64,000 nucleotides of DNA from Bacillota bacterium. Lineage in GTDB: Bacteria; Bacillota; Limnochordia; Darwinibacteriales; DTU012. Below the pieces are notes generated by a model. It had not been told where the DNA came from. It was given only the letters and a program-made list of their open reading frames with translations, and searched no databases. A program made the position numbers and the translations under genes. Below, piece after piece: positions 18,584 through 28,455 of the stretch (position 1 is its first letter; each line of letters opens with the position of its first letter). Where the stretch lies: assembly GCA_012521185.1 (NCBI GenBank), contig JAAYMV010000014.1, positions 3,082-67,081 of the forward strand, given 5' to 3'.

Positions 18584-21268
18584 ATGAGTAGTAACCACAA
18601 AGTGTTAATACTTTTGTTGGCAGCGGTAGTTCTCTTGCTATTTGATGGAGTGGCAGTTGGGGTAAGTACTGATCAAGCTGAATTAGAGCAGTTAATTGAA
18701 GATTTAATAAGTAGTAATTTTCGAATCTCTACTTTAGCTAGCAATGCCTTAGTCGAATTAGGAGAAGAAGTCATTCCAGCAGTGGGAAAAGTAGTGCTGG
18801 AGAATTCTGCTTGGGATAATCGTTATAAGGCGATTACAGTTTTACGCCGAATCGGATCAGCCGAAGGAATTCCAATTTTATTGAATGCTTTAACTGATTC
18901 AGAGGATCGGGTACGTTCCCACGCTCGCACGTCGCTAGAGGAGATTGTGGCTCAAAGCGATCAAGTTAAGGTTATCGAATTAGTTGAACCTTATTTGGTA
19001 GCCAACAATTTAAACCTGCGAATAATAGCAGCAGACTTGCTGAGTGCTGCAGGATGGGAAAGTGAGGATTTTGCTAATGTTTTTATCAAATCCTTGTCAG
19101 CTAGTGATCCAATAATAAGGGCAATTGCTCTTGAACGCCTTGGGGAAATAGCTCATCAAGAAGCCGCGTATTTTGCTGAAGTTAGTCCCTTGGTATATGA
19201 TTCTCACATTGCAGTTCAAAAGGAAGCGGTTAGGACGCTGGTAAAACTTGGTTTTACTAGTGAGCAAATTGTGGAACTGGTTTTTGCTGGATTCATGAGT
19301 GGACAATTAGATAAAAATGTTGTGCCAGAGCTATTAGGTCAAATGGTTTTAGGCGAACTGAAAAATGCTAAGGCGTTAATTGATGTAATTACTAATACTC
19401 AGAACAGTAAAGAATGGCGTCAATTAGCCTTTGCAGCCTTAGATCTAGTGGTACCCGAAATGGAATATCATTTAGAACGAGGTTTAGTAGCCATTAAAGC
19501 AGCTGAAGGTGTCTATTTAAGCTGGCGATTGTTGGGTACAGAGCCTTATGATTTAGCTTTTAATGTTTATCGTGATGGACAAAAAATAAATGATCAGCCA
19601 ATAACCAGTAGTACTAATTATCAAGATCCACTTGGTACTTTAAATTCGAAGTATCAAGTTAAAGCAGTAATTGCTGACCAAGAAGTTTCTAGTTCTAAAG
19701 AAGTTACTGTTTGGGAAAAAGATTATCTGGCTATTCCTTTACAGAAACCTGAAGGTGGAATAACGCCAGATGGGGTTGCTTATAATTATCGGGCAAATGA
19801 TGCTAGTGCTGCTGATTTAGATGGTGATGGAGAATACGAGATCATTTTAAAATGGGATCCGTCAAATTCTAAAGATAACTCGCAAAGTGGATATACAGGT
19901 AATGTATATATCGACGCCTATAAATTAGATGGTACCTTTATGTGGCGCATAGATCTAGGGCGTAATATTCGAGCTGGTGCCCATTATACTCAATTTATGG
20001 TTTATGATTTAGATGGTGATGGGCGAGCTGAGCTTGTAATGAAAACAGCAGATGGAACCGTCGATGGGTTAGGTAATGTAATCGGTGATCCTAGTGCAGA
20101 TCACAGGAATAGCAGCGGCTATATTTTATCTGGACCAGAATATTTAACTGTTTTTGATGGTTTAACTGGAGCAGCCCTAGCTACAATTGACTATGAACCG
20201 CCAAGAGGTAATGTTTCTGCTTGGGGCGATAATTATGGTAATCGTGTTGATCGTTTCTTAGCGGGAATAGCTTATTTAGATGGTGTTAGACCAAGTGTGA
20301 TTATGGCTCGTGGTTATTATACTAGAACAGTAATAGTCGCCTACAATTGGCGTGATGGTAAATTAGAACATTTATGGACCTTTGATAGTGCTCATCCAGG
20401 ATATCAAGCATATGCTGGTCAAGGCAATCACCAATTATCAATTGCTGATGTAAATAATGATGGACGGGATGAAATAATCTATGGTGCGATGACTATAAAC
20501 CACGATGGAACTCCTTTATATAACACTGGTTTGGGTCATGGCGATGCTTTGCATGTGGGTGATTTCGATCCTGAGCGACCTGGTTTAGAGGTTTTTGGTG
20601 TGCATGAGAATTATCCGAACCCAGCAGGTGTTAACTTACGTGATGCTAGAACTGGCGAGGTAATTTGGGGAATTGCCACCGATTATGATGTGGGTCGGGG
20701 TTTGTCTGCTAATGTTGATCCAAACCATCCTGGAAATGAAGTTTGGGCTTCCCGGACACCGTTGTTTAACGCCAAAGGCGAGGTCATTAGTAATACAGCT
20801 CCTTCATCAATTAATCATGCTATTTGGTGGACAGGAGATTTATTGAGAGAATTGCTTGATCATGATCGTAGTCGTGGGAATGTAGGTAAAATTGACAAAT
20901 GGGACTGGGAAAACCAACGAACGGTTAATATTGCTACTTTCGAGGGAACTTCATCAAATAATGATACGAAAGGTAATCCATGCTTACAGGCGGATTTATT
21001 TGGTGATTGGCGTGAAGAAGTAGTTTTTAGAGCTGTTGACAGCAGTGAATTAAGAATATATTCAACAACTTATCCGACTGAACATAGGCTATATACCTTA
21101 ATGCACGACCGAATGTATCGAGTTGCTATTGCTTGGCAAAACGTAGCTTATAACCAGCCGCCACATCCAAGTTTCTATATTGGACCTGATATGGAGCGGC
21201 AAGAATTTAACATTGGTAATGCTTACACAGTGTTAGAGCAATATGGTGATGAATTAAGTAAGTGGTAG
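18584..21268 (+). CDS. Secreted rhamnogalacturonan lyase (PL11) with N-terminal HEAT-like module, paralogue 3
   Basis: Same architecture, 894 aa with a slightly shorter N-terminal module. RBS AAGGGAG. Confidence 0.8.
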   Translation: MSSNHKVLILLLAAVVLLLFDGVAVGVSTDQAELEQLIEDLISSNFRISTLASNALVELGEEVIPAVGKVVLENSAWDNRYKAITVLRRIGSAEGIPILLNALTDSEDRVRSHARTSLEEIVAQSDQVKVIELVEPYLVANNLNLRIIAADLLSAAGWESEDFANVFIKSLSASDPIIRAIALERLGEIAHQEAAYFAEVSPLVYDSHIAVQKEAVRTLVKLGFTSEQIVELVFAGFMSGQLDKNVVPELLGQMVLGELKNAKALIDVITNTQNSKEWRQLAFAALDLVVPEMEYHLERGLVAIKAAEGVYLSWRLLGTEPYDLAFNVYRDGQKINDQPITSSTNYQDPLGTLNSKYQVKAVIADQEVSSSKEVTVWEKDYLAIPLQKPEGGITPDGVAYNYRANDASAADLDGDGEYEIILKWDPSNSKDNSQSGYTGNVYIDAYKLDGTFMWRIDLGRNIRAGAHYTQFMVYDLDGDGRAELVMKTADGTVDGLGNVIGDPSADHRNSSGYILSGPEYLTVFDGLTGAALATIDYEPPRGNVSAWGDNYGNRVDRFLAGIAYLDGVRPSVIMARGYYTRTVIVAYNWRDGKLEHLWTFDSAHPGYQAYAGQGNHQLSIADVNNDGRDEIIYGAMTINHDGTPLYNTGLGHGDALHVGDFDPERPGLEVFGVHENYPNPAGVNLRDARTGEVIWGIATDYDVGRGLSANVDPNHPGNEVWASRTPLFNAKGEVISNTAPSSINHAIWWTGDLLRELLDHDRSRGNVGKIDKWDWENQRTVNIATFEGTSSNNDTKGNPCLQADLFGDWREEVVFRAVDSSELRIYSTTYPTEHRLYTLMHDRMYRVAIAWQNVAYNQPPHPSFYIGPDMERQEFNIGNAYTVLEQYGDELSKW

Positions 21269-21285
21269 GAATTTCCTACCACTTT
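21260..21285 (+). terminator. Rho-independent terminator overlapping the stop of paralogue 3
   Basis: GTGGTAGG-aattt-CCTACCAC followed by TTTTT. Confidence 0.75.
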
Positions 21286-21602
21286 TTCATCGAAACTAAA
21301 AGTTATCTCAAATTTCTATAAACTTATAGGAATCATTTTCTTGTGATAAGAATCTTTTTTTATTACCCCAACTCTGAATATACTGCAAAAAGCAAAAGCA
21401 GCAGACGAAGGAGAGGAAGATTTATACAATCGAGAAGGATTAAAAAATGTTCTTAAAAAGGAACTAGGCTCTGCTTATGAAGATGATCTAAAAAGGAATT
21501 TGCTGGATGTTCTTTCATGGTCGTGTAATTACTAAGTATAAAAAAATATTTGTGTGGTTTTTAGAAAAACTTAGGCCATTGGAAGTCCAATAGCCTAAGA
21601 AC

Positions 21603-23444
21603 TTAAAGCAGTATATATATCAATAATATCGCGAAAGCAATCAAGATCAAGTAGACATCAAAGTTAATGTTTGAAAAACTAATTTGACCAGATGCTCCCC
21701 AGCCGCTGGTATCTAGACGGCTACTAAAGTTTAGGATCCAGGTATAACAGGTTTTAGCCTGGGCTGAAAGATTAGCCATGGCTTGCTCATATTTTCTTTC
21801 GATTAAGCTTCCCAGATAACTAAGACCTTTAATAAAATTTCGTCCTAAATATTCAATACTTAACCAAGCAGGCGACTGATAGTGGAATAAATGGAATCTA
21901 AAGCCAATGGCACAGAAGCTGATTCCAGCCAGTAAAGTAATGATCATATTAAATATTTCTCTGCCTACCCAAAAGTTTGTCGCTAGCAAGTTATTAATAC
22001 TTGATACCCCTAACTCTGGTAAAGCAAGAATAATGGCCTTATTTAAGAATAGTTCAGGTTTGATGCCAATGAATGTAATCACTAAGGCGAAAATAAGTAG
22101 GGGAAAGATTAATAGTCCATTTTCTTTGCCATTAATTTCTAATTCTGGATCAGCTTTTCTTAAGAAAGCTAAGTAATATAATTTGGCAAATGATGCTGTA
22201 GTTCCAACTCCTACAAGATTAAATAGTCTTTCAATCCAAGGTAAGAGTCCTCCGCCAACTGCTGCTGCCTCAATTATCCCATGATGTAAAAGACTTTTAC
22301 TTACATATCCATTGAAACCAGGCGTACCAGTAATGCCAAAAACAGCAATTAACATTAGTAAGGCTGTAATTGGGAATTTACGCCAAAGACCGCCCATTTT
22401 ATATAGATTTTGTTGACCTGTCCGTAGATAAATAATACCTGTACCTAGGAAGAGTGCAGCTTTGAAGAAAGCGTGGTTAATTGTGTGATAAATAGCCCCT
22501 GCCAAGCCATAGCTACCTTCATTCCCTAAATAAATTGCTGTACCGATACCTATGATAATATAACCTACTTGACTGACGCTGTGATAGGCTAATAGGCGTT
22601 TAGCATTACTTTGCAAGAGAGCTAAACTAACTCCTAAAAGCATAGTAAGGATTCCTAAAATAATGACTATTAATCCTGTATTGGTAGGGAAACTGGCCAT
22701 TGGATTAGTTAGGTTAATAGTTTGAGCAGTTCTAATCATCCCATAAACTCCACACTTAATGATAATTCCTGACAGTAAAGCGCTACCTGGAGTGGGAGCT
22801 ACAGTATGAGCTTTTGGCAGCCAGATATGTAAGGGTACCATACCTGCTTTAATGCCAAAACCAATTAGTAGACAAGCGATTGCCCATGATAACAAGGTGC
22901 TGTTTGATAGCGACACTAGGTTAACTCCTATCTCTAAGGGTAAACCTAAGGAATTGATGAACACTAGTCCTATTGCTATGAATAAGCCTGCAGCAATCCC
23001 AAGAAATAAATAGAAATATCCAGCGGTGATGGCTTCTTGGTTTTGATTATGAATTACCCAAAAGAATGAGGTAACAGTCATTATTTCAAAAAAAGCTAAG
23101 AGAACAATCCAGTTATTTGCTAGAAAAATCCCTTGAACAGCACCCAAAGTTAATAAGAAGAATATGAAAAAGCTACGACTTCTTTCTTCAGCTTTCATAT
23201 ATTCAGGTAAATAAAAACTTACCAGCCACCAGGTAAAAGCACTAATTAAGCTAAAAATAGCAGCTGTCATATCGGATAATGGATAGCTGGCTCGAGTTTG
23301 AACAAAAAAGTATACACTGAGACCAAATACGATAGTAGTGGTTAACCATGTAAGCAGTGCAGTTGCATTTCTAGATTTTGTCCGTCTTAGCAAACCGGCA
23401 CCAATAAATGGAATGCCTACGCAAGCAATTGATGAAAATGTCAT
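21603..23444 (-). CDS. mrpA: Mrp/Mnh antiporter subunit A-like (NuoL-type proton-pumping subunit, lacking fused MrpB domain)
   Basis: 613 aa with ~16 TM segments and the NuoL/MrpA signature region (WLPKAHTVAPTPGSALLSGIIIKCGVYG). Confidence 0.7.
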   Translation of the reverse strand: MTFSSIACVGIPFIGAGLLRRTKSRNATALLTWLTTTIVFGLSVYFFVQTRASYPLSDMTAAIFSLISAFTWWLVSFYLPEYMKAEERSRSFFIFFLLTLGAVQGIFLANNWIVLLAFFEIMTVTSFFWVIHNQNQEAITAGYFYLFLGIAAGLFIAIGLVFINSLGLPLEIGVNLVSLSNSTLLSWAIACLLIGFGIKAGMVPLHIWLPKAHTVAPTPGSALLSGIIIKCGVYGMIRTAQTINLTNPMASFPTNTGLIVIILGILTMLLGVSLALLQSNAKRLLAYHSVSQVGYIIIGIGTAIYLGNEGSYGLAGAIYHTINHAFFKAALFLGTGIIYLRTGQQNLYKMGGLWRKFPITALLMLIAVFGITGTPGFNGYVSKSLLHHGIIEAAAVGGGLLPWIERLFNLVGVGTTASFAKLYYLAFLRKADPELEINGKENGLLIFPLLIFALVITFIGIKPELFLNKAIILALPELGVSSINNLLATNFWVGREIFNMIITLLAGISFCAIGFRFHLFHYQSPAWLSIEYLGRNFIKGLSYLGSLIERKYEQAMANLSAQAKTCYTWILNFSSRLDTSGWGASGQISFSNINFDVYLILIAFAILLIYILL

Positions 23445-23464
23445 TTTTCTCGGCCTCCTAATGA

Positions 23465-24910
23465 CTAAAAGAAATAATCGATTACAGAATTTACTAAAGG
23501 CATACAGAGCTGTGGCCAGATTCCTAAAGCTAAGGCTGTCATCACCAGCAGAATAGTTGGAACTAGCATTAAGAACCCATTGGTACCTAGTTTGATAGGT
23601 TGTAGATGATTAGTTGTGTTTTTGGTAAATGCAGACACTACAATAGGCAGATAGTAAAATGCGTTTAATAGTCCGCTAATCAATAATACGATGACTAAGG
23701 GCCAGTAACCACTAACAGTACTTCCTTGCATTAAGTAGTATTTACTCCAAAAACCATTCAGTGGTAGCATGCCAACCATACCTAAGCTAACTATACCAAA
23801 AGCAATAAAGACAAGCGGAAGACTAGGCCCTAAACCTTTCACGTCACTAACTTTTACTTTTCCAGTTTTTTCTGTAATTAGCCCAACAGAAAAGAACAGA
23901 GTAATTTTCAGGATTCCATGATTGATCATTTGAAATAAAGCACCGATTAAACCGATTGGATGTAAGGTAAAAGCGCCTAATAAAATATAAGATAATTGAC
24001 TAATTGTAGAATAAGCTAGTCGTTTCTTCAAGACATCTTGTTTCATCGCGATTAAGGAGCCTACTATAATTGTTATGGATACGATAACTAAGGCAATGGG
24101 ACCGACTTTTAACTCGCTCAATAGGCTATGCCCATAAACTGAATAGATTACTCTTAAGAGCCCGAATACGCCAGCATTTACAACTGCTACAGCATGGAGT
24201 AGTGCACTAATTGGTGTTGGTGCTACCATTGCTTGAGGCAGCCAGCCGTGTAATGGCATGACTGCTGCTTTTACCCCAAAGCCAATTAAAAATAATAAGA
24301 AAATCCAACCCATGCCTGGTTTGGCTTCAAGATTAGCAAGTAGAGGAGCATTACCAAAGGTTAAGTTTCCTTCAGTCCAAATCCAGACTGCTACTAGACC
24401 AGCTAAGATGAAGGCTGCACCAATTAGACTATAGATAATATAGCGGTTCCCAGCTTTAATTGCTTCTTGATCTCGATTGTAAATTACCAATGGATAGGTA
24501 GTAAATGTTAGTAATTCATAGCAAATATAAAGTACTAATAGATTCCCTGCTAAAGCAATGCCAAGAGTGACTCCAGCAGAGATTAAAAAGTAGGCAAAAT
24601 AACTTCGTTGCCGCGGTTTATCAGCCATGTAACCAAAAGAATAGATAGTTGCAAATACCCATAAAGTAGAGGATAGCAGGGCAAAGACCATGCCTAACGG
24701 GTCAGGCCTGAGACCTTCATCAATACCAACTAACACTGATTTATAGCCGAGGACATTTGGCAGCAGTCGCCAAGTAAACAAGGCTGTTAGTACGCTGGTA
24801 ACTAGTACAAGGGTATTTCTTCTGTTTTTACTAATTTTTCGCAAGTTAGCGATCAGCGTTCCACCGATTGTTCCTGTAAGAATTGGTAAAAGCACATTAA
24901 AAGTTGACAT
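23465..24910 (-). CDS. Mrp antiporter subunit D-like (NuoM/N-type), second copy
   Basis: 481 aa with the conserved WLPQAMVAPTPISALLHA region. RBS GGGGGG. Confidence 0.7.
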   Translation of the reverse strand: MSTFNVLLPILTGTIGGTLIANLRKISKNRRNTLVLVTSVLTALFTWRLLPNVLGYKSVLVGIDEGLRPDPLGMVFALLSSTLWVFATIYSFGYMADKPRQRSYFAYFLISAGVTLGIALAGNLLVLYICYELLTFTTYPLVIYNRDQEAIKAGNRYIIYSLIGAAFILAGLVAVWIWTEGNLTFGNAPLLANLEAKPGMGWIFLLFLIGFGVKAAVMPLHGWLPQAMVAPTPISALLHAVAVVNAGVFGLLRVIYSVYGHSLLSELKVGPIALVIVSITIIVGSLIAMKQDVLKKRLAYSTISQLSYILLGAFTLHPIGLIGALFQMINHGILKITLFFSVGLITEKTGKVKVSDVKGLGPSLPLVFIAFGIVSLGMVGMLPLNGFWSKYYLMQGSTVSGYWPLVIVLLISGLLNAFYYLPIVVSAFTKNTTNHLQPIKLGTNGFLMLVPTILLVMTALALGIWPQLCMPLVNSVIDYFF

Positions 24911-24942
24911 AATATAACCCCCCCGTTTAGCTTGATTACTGC

Positions 24943-26433
24943 TTATTGTCCTAACAGCATAGAAGCTGCTTGAGAGGCAAGCGTTAGTACTGGTCTAGGG
25001 AAAATGCCTAAAAGCAGGACAGTTCCAGCTAGTATTAAAATAGGTACTATCATGATAGTGTTTTCTTTGAGTTCGGCATAGTCTTGATTAGTAGTAAAGT
25101 ATGCCTGTTTAATAATTGGGAACAAATAAATTGCCGCCAAAATACTTCCAGCTAAAAGTACTAAAATCGCTAACCAGTTACCAGCTTCTAAGCTACCTAA
25201 TAATAGATTCCATTTTCCAATAAAACCCGAAAATAACGGTATGCCTGTCATTCCTAAGGAAACCACTGTAAAGGCTCCCATAGTTAATGGCATTTGTTTT
25301 CCAATTCCAGTTAAATCCTTAATTTGACTTTTACCGGTTTTTATTAAGATAAAGCCTGCTATTAAAAAGAGCGCCGTTTTAATCAAGGCATGACTAAAAA
25401 TATGGAAAAAAGCACCAGTCAATCCTGCTTGATTGTTTAAGCCCAGGCCTAAAAATATGTATCCTATTTGAGCAATAGTTGAAAAAGCAAATCTGCGTTT
25501 AAGCTCTGTTTGGGCGATGGCAAAGATTGAACCAGCGATGATCGATCCCATTCCTAGCAGTAATAGAATATCAGATATGTTTAAGCTGGCAACAATTAAC
25601 GGCCCAACTGCAATATAGAATACTTTTACTAGTCCTAAAACATATCCTTTTACTGATATAGCTGATAAAACAGCACTTGCTGGTGTAATGGCAGATGAGT
25701 GAGCATCAGGTAACCAGACATGTAAAGGAAAGACTGCCGATTTAATACCGAAGCCGACAATGAAAAAGGATAGACTAACCCAAAGAGCATACTGATAATT
25801 GCTCCAGGTCTGAGCGAGTTCGTGATTGACAAAGAGCATATTTAAGTTTCCAGTTAAGTTGTACAGAAAACCAATACCACCCAGAACGAAACATGAGCCT
25901 AAAGTAGCCAAGATTAGATATTTGAAAGTAGCTTCAGTGGACCGAGCATCGCCTTTCGCACCGACGATTGCACAACCACTAATGGTAGCAACTTCAATAA
26001 ATACATAGAGATTGAATAAGTCGTGACATAAAGCCATACCACATAATGCTGCTGTTAATAACATAAATAAAGTTAAAAACCAAGTTGCTCTTACCTTATT
26101 ACCTAACTCATCTGCTAAAGAAGGTAGAGCATAAACTAGAATCAATAAGTTTATTAAACCAATCATTATTAAAAATAGTGTACTTAAAGGATCAATCGTA
26201 ATTTCTAATCCCCAGGGAGCTTCCCAGCCAGCTAAAATATATCTAAAGCTGCCTTTAGCTAGAACTTGTGTTGCTAAAAATATACCGCCAAATAGGACGA
26301 AAAATTGTGTTGCTAAAGCTAAAAATCCAACAATACCATAACGCCGATATTGCATAAAGACAGGTAGTAGGTAGGCACTAAATAATGAAGCGATAACAAT
26401 TAAGATCGGCGCGTTTTCTTTAACTAGAGCTAC
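24943..26433 (-). CDS. mrpD: Mrp antiporter subunit D (NuoM/N-type)
   Basis: Conserved WLPDAHSSAITPASAVLSAISVKG region. The likely start is at 26433 (GAGGG + 8 nt) rather than 26490, leaving a 14-nt overlap with mrpC. Confidence 0.7.
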   Translation of the reverse strand, partial: VALVKENAPILIVIASLFSAYLLPVFMQYRRYGIVGFLALATQFFVLFGGIFLATQVLAKGSFRYILAGWEAPWGLEITIDPLSTLFLIMIGLINLLILVYALPSLADELGNKVRATWFLTLFMLLTAALCGMALCHDLFNLYVFIEVATISGCAIVGAKGDARSTEATFKYLILATLGSCFVLGGIGFLYNLTGNLNMLFVNHELAQTWSNYQYALWVSLSFFIVGFGIKSAVFPLHVWLPDAHSSAITPASAVLSAISVKGYVLGLVKVFYIAVGPLIVASLNISDILLLLGMGSIIAGSIFAIAQTELKRRFAFSTIAQIGYIFLGLGLNNQAGLTGAFFHIFSHALIKTALFLIAGFILIKTGKSQIKDLTGIGKQMPLTMGAFTVVSLGMTGIPLFSGFIGKWNLLLGSLEAGNWLAILVLLAGSILAAIYLFPIIKQAYFTTNQDYAELKENTIMIVPILILAGTVLLLGIFPRPVLTLASQAASMLLGQ

Positions 26434-26818
26434 CATTGTTTTTGCCCTCATTTCTAATTTCAAATATTTCATTAGCATCCATAGTTCCATAAAAACGGTA
26501 AAGTTTGATAATTAATGCTAAAGCAAATCCAGTTACACTAATACTAACAACTATACCAGTTAACATGAGCCCGGTTGGTAAAGGATTGATGTAAAGAGCT
26601 TCAGGCTGAGCAAGATCTACTATCGGAGGTACTCCTCCCCGGATGTTTCCTGTCGCCACGTAAAATAGGAAAATTGAACTTTCCATAATGTTAATACCGA
26701 GCAGTTTCTTAAGTAAATTTGAATTAGATAGCACTGTGTAACAACCAATTCCAAAAATGATTAAAGAACCAAGAAATGGATAATTGTTTAATAGTTTGGC
26801 TCCGATAGTTAACTCCAC
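26420..26818 (-). CDS. mrpC: Mrp antiporter subunit C (NuoK-like)
   Basis: 132 aa with three TM helices and a NuoK-like pattern (FGIGCYTVLSNSNLLKKLLGINIMESSIFLF). GTG start after GAGGAGG. Confidence 0.7.
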   Translation of the reverse strand: MELTIGAKLLNNYPFLGSLIIFGIGCYTVLSNSNLLKKLLGINIMESSIFLFYVATGNIRGGVPPIVDLAQPEALYINPLPTGLMLTGIVVSISVTGFALALIIKLYRFYGTMDANEIFEIRNEGKNNGSSS

Positions 26819-26821
26819 TGA

Positions 26822-27241
26822 TTATTCCTCCTCTGTTAGAGTAAAAAATAGCGTGACCATGGTACTGGCTACTTTTAACCCGACTCCAAAAGTAATCAAA
26901 AAGATTAATCCGCCAGAAAATAAGTTTCCTGGTTGGCCAACAGCTACTGCACCTTTATTTAAGAGAAAGCCAGCGCCTCGCAATACTCCAACTAAACCCA
27001 TTAATCCATACCAAAGGGTTCCGAAGCTTTCAATTAAGTTTGTAATCTTATGCGGGATCTTTTCTTGACCTTTTTCGGCACCAAAAACTAAACTGTAACA
27101 AATAAAACCTACAGCTACAATGATTCCTCCTGCAAAGCTGCCGCCGGGACTTAGGTGACCATGGAAGATGACATAAATGCCAAACATCTGTATAAATGGT
27201 AAAAGGATTAGAACAACTTTTTTCAATATGAAATCTAACAT
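26822..27241 (-). CDS. Mrp antiporter subunit B, C-terminal segment (MbhF-like)
   Basis: HGHLSPGGSFAGGIIVA motif characteristic of the MnhB C-terminal part. Confidence 0.6.
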   Translation of the reverse strand: MLDFILKKVVLILLPFIQMFGIYVIFHGHLSPGGSFAGGIIVAVGFICYSLVFGAEKGQEKIPHKITNLIESFGTLWYGLMGLVGVLRGAGFLLNKGAVAVGQPGNLFSGGLIFLITFGVGLKVASTMVTLFFTLTEEE

Positions 27242-27256
27242 ATGCTAAGCCCCTTT

Positions 27257-27547
27257 CTAGTGCTGTTCACCTTTCTTTAGCGTAATCAAGACAGCCATAA
27301 TAGATGTAAACAAAACAGTGGCCTCAATTAACGTGTCATAAGAACGGTAGTCGAGGATGATTGCTGTTACAATATTTAATACACCAGTTTCTTCTAAGGC
27401 GTTGTTTACATAGTGTTCATAAACATAGTTATGGGCAGGATTGTCAACATTTCCATAAGGTGGCAATTCTGCAACCGCTAACATAAAGACATATAACGCC
27501 ATAATAACTAAAATCATCGCTAAAATAGGTACTAATCGTTTAGCCAT
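27257..27547 (-). CDS. Mrp antiporter subunit B core segment (MbhE-like)
   Basis: NIVTAIILDYRSYDTLIEATVLF is the hallmark MnhB motif. RBS GAAAGGTGA. Confidence 0.65.
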   Translation of the reverse strand: MAKRLVPILAMILVIMALYVFMLAVAELPPYGNVDNPAHNYVYEHYVNNALEETGVLNIVTAIILDYRSYDTLIEATVLFTSIMAVLITLKKGEQH

Positions 27548-27548
27548 T

Positions 27549-27800
27549 TTACTTCACCTTTCTAGTTGTTCGCATAATTAAGGCGATCATTAACGTGGTG
27601 GTAGCCACTCCTGCCGCTGCCTCGGTGATTGCCAAATCTGGCGCATTCATTCGCAGCCAAATTAGAACCATAATTAAACCATAAACTCCGAATACAATTA
27701 CTACATAAAGTAAATCTTTCATAAAGTTAATGGCAATAGCAATAGTGATTAAGAAACAAATCAGTATAATGTTAATAATATCTGGTCCAGCAAAACTCAT
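27549..27800 (-). CDS. MrpB-related small membrane subunit (DUF4040/MbhD-like)
   Basis: 83 aa with three TM helices, starting at the internal Met (MSFAGPD) preceded by AGGGAGG. The longer ORF to 27869 would overlap mrpG by 65 nt. Confidence 0.5.
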   Translation of the reverse strand: MSFAGPDIINIILICFLITIAIAINFMKDLLYVVIVFGVYGLIMVLIWLRMNAPDLAITEAAAGVATTTLMIALIMRTTRKVK

Positions 27801-27804
27801 CAGA

Positions 27805-28128
27805 TTACCTCCCTTTAGCCTTTGGTTTAAAATATGGCCGATTACCGTGGAGCAAGGCCACTTTGGCAATGATGTGACTCATAGTAGGGTTAATTGTCCA
27901 AAAGATAGCACCAATTGCCAGCAATTTAATTCGTAATAAATGATCAGAGGCTAGCAAAATTAGTCCTAGCAAGGTTAAACCAAAGCCAAGAGTATCTCCC
28001 AGAGCAGCTGCGTGTAATTTATTATACGGATCAGGCATTCTAATTAGATTAAAAGAACCTATACTAAAGAAGATAAATGCTACCAAAAACAGAATAAAAA
28101 CTACGACATTTATAATCATCAATTTCAC
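27805..28128 (-). CDS. mrpG: Mrp antiporter subunit G
   Basis: NLIRMPDPYNKLHAAALGDTLG matches the MnhG signature (…RFPD.Y.RLHA…TLG). Confidence 0.7.
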   Translation of the reverse strand: MKLMIINVVVFILFLVAFIFFSIGSFNLIRMPDPYNKLHAAALGDTLGFGLTLLGLILLASDHLLRIKLLAIGAIFWTINPTMSHIIAKVALLHGNRPYFKPKAKGR

Positions 28129-28143
28129 TTCCTTAAAATTTAA

Positions 28144-28455
28144 TTAGTCTTTCGGTGTGGTCTGAGCATAAATATCAGCTAACTTCGCGACAGCTTTTTC
28201 ATGATTAACAGGTAGCAGGAATCTGAGTGTGGCGATTGTGCCCACAAGTCCACATAAGGTAAAAACGATAACTACATCAATAAAGGAAAAATTGTTTTGT
28301 AAAAACGCTAGTAATAAGATTATGGTACAAATTTTAGTTGTTAGTGAATTCACTACCACAATCCGGTCAGCAGCATAAGGCCCGCGAATTAAACGAGTGA
28401 CTTCTAACATCATTAAAACTAGAATTCCAACCAGCAAGAATCTTAAAGCGATCAT
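28144..28455 (-). CDS. mrpF: Mrp antiporter subunit F
   Basis: 103 aa with three TM helices and an RGP…DR motif near the N-terminus. Confidence 0.65.
   Translation of the reverse strand: MIALRFLLVGILVLMMLEVTRLIRGPYAADRIVVVNSLTTKICTIILLLAFLQNNFSFIDVVIVFTLCGLVGTIATLRFLLPVNHEKAVAKLADIYAQTTPKD

Larger units (their letters stand above)
13015..21268 (+). repeat. Tandem triplication of a ~2.7-kb gene unit (diverged paralogues)
   Basis: Three head-to-tail ORFs with the same domain order. A ~150-nt stretch of the catalytic region compared by eye is roughly 80-90% identical between copies 1 and 2. The N-terminal modules are much more diverged. Confidence 0.75.

Noticed and set aside
13015-21268. Interpreting the three ~2.7-kb units as a recent duplication or assembly artefact
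   Set aside because: The copies differ in length (921/921/894 aa). Their N-terminal modules are strongly diverged at the protein level, and the intergenic junctions differ (11 bp with AGGAGG-GTG versus 26 bp with AAGGGAG-ATG). They are old paralogues.
27549-27869. Long 106-aa form of the small Mrp subunit overlapping mrpG by 65 nt
   Set aside because: The internal Met at 27800 has a perfect AGGGAGG RBS, and the N-terminal 23 residues of the long form are hydrophilic and non-conserved. The shorter form was adopted.
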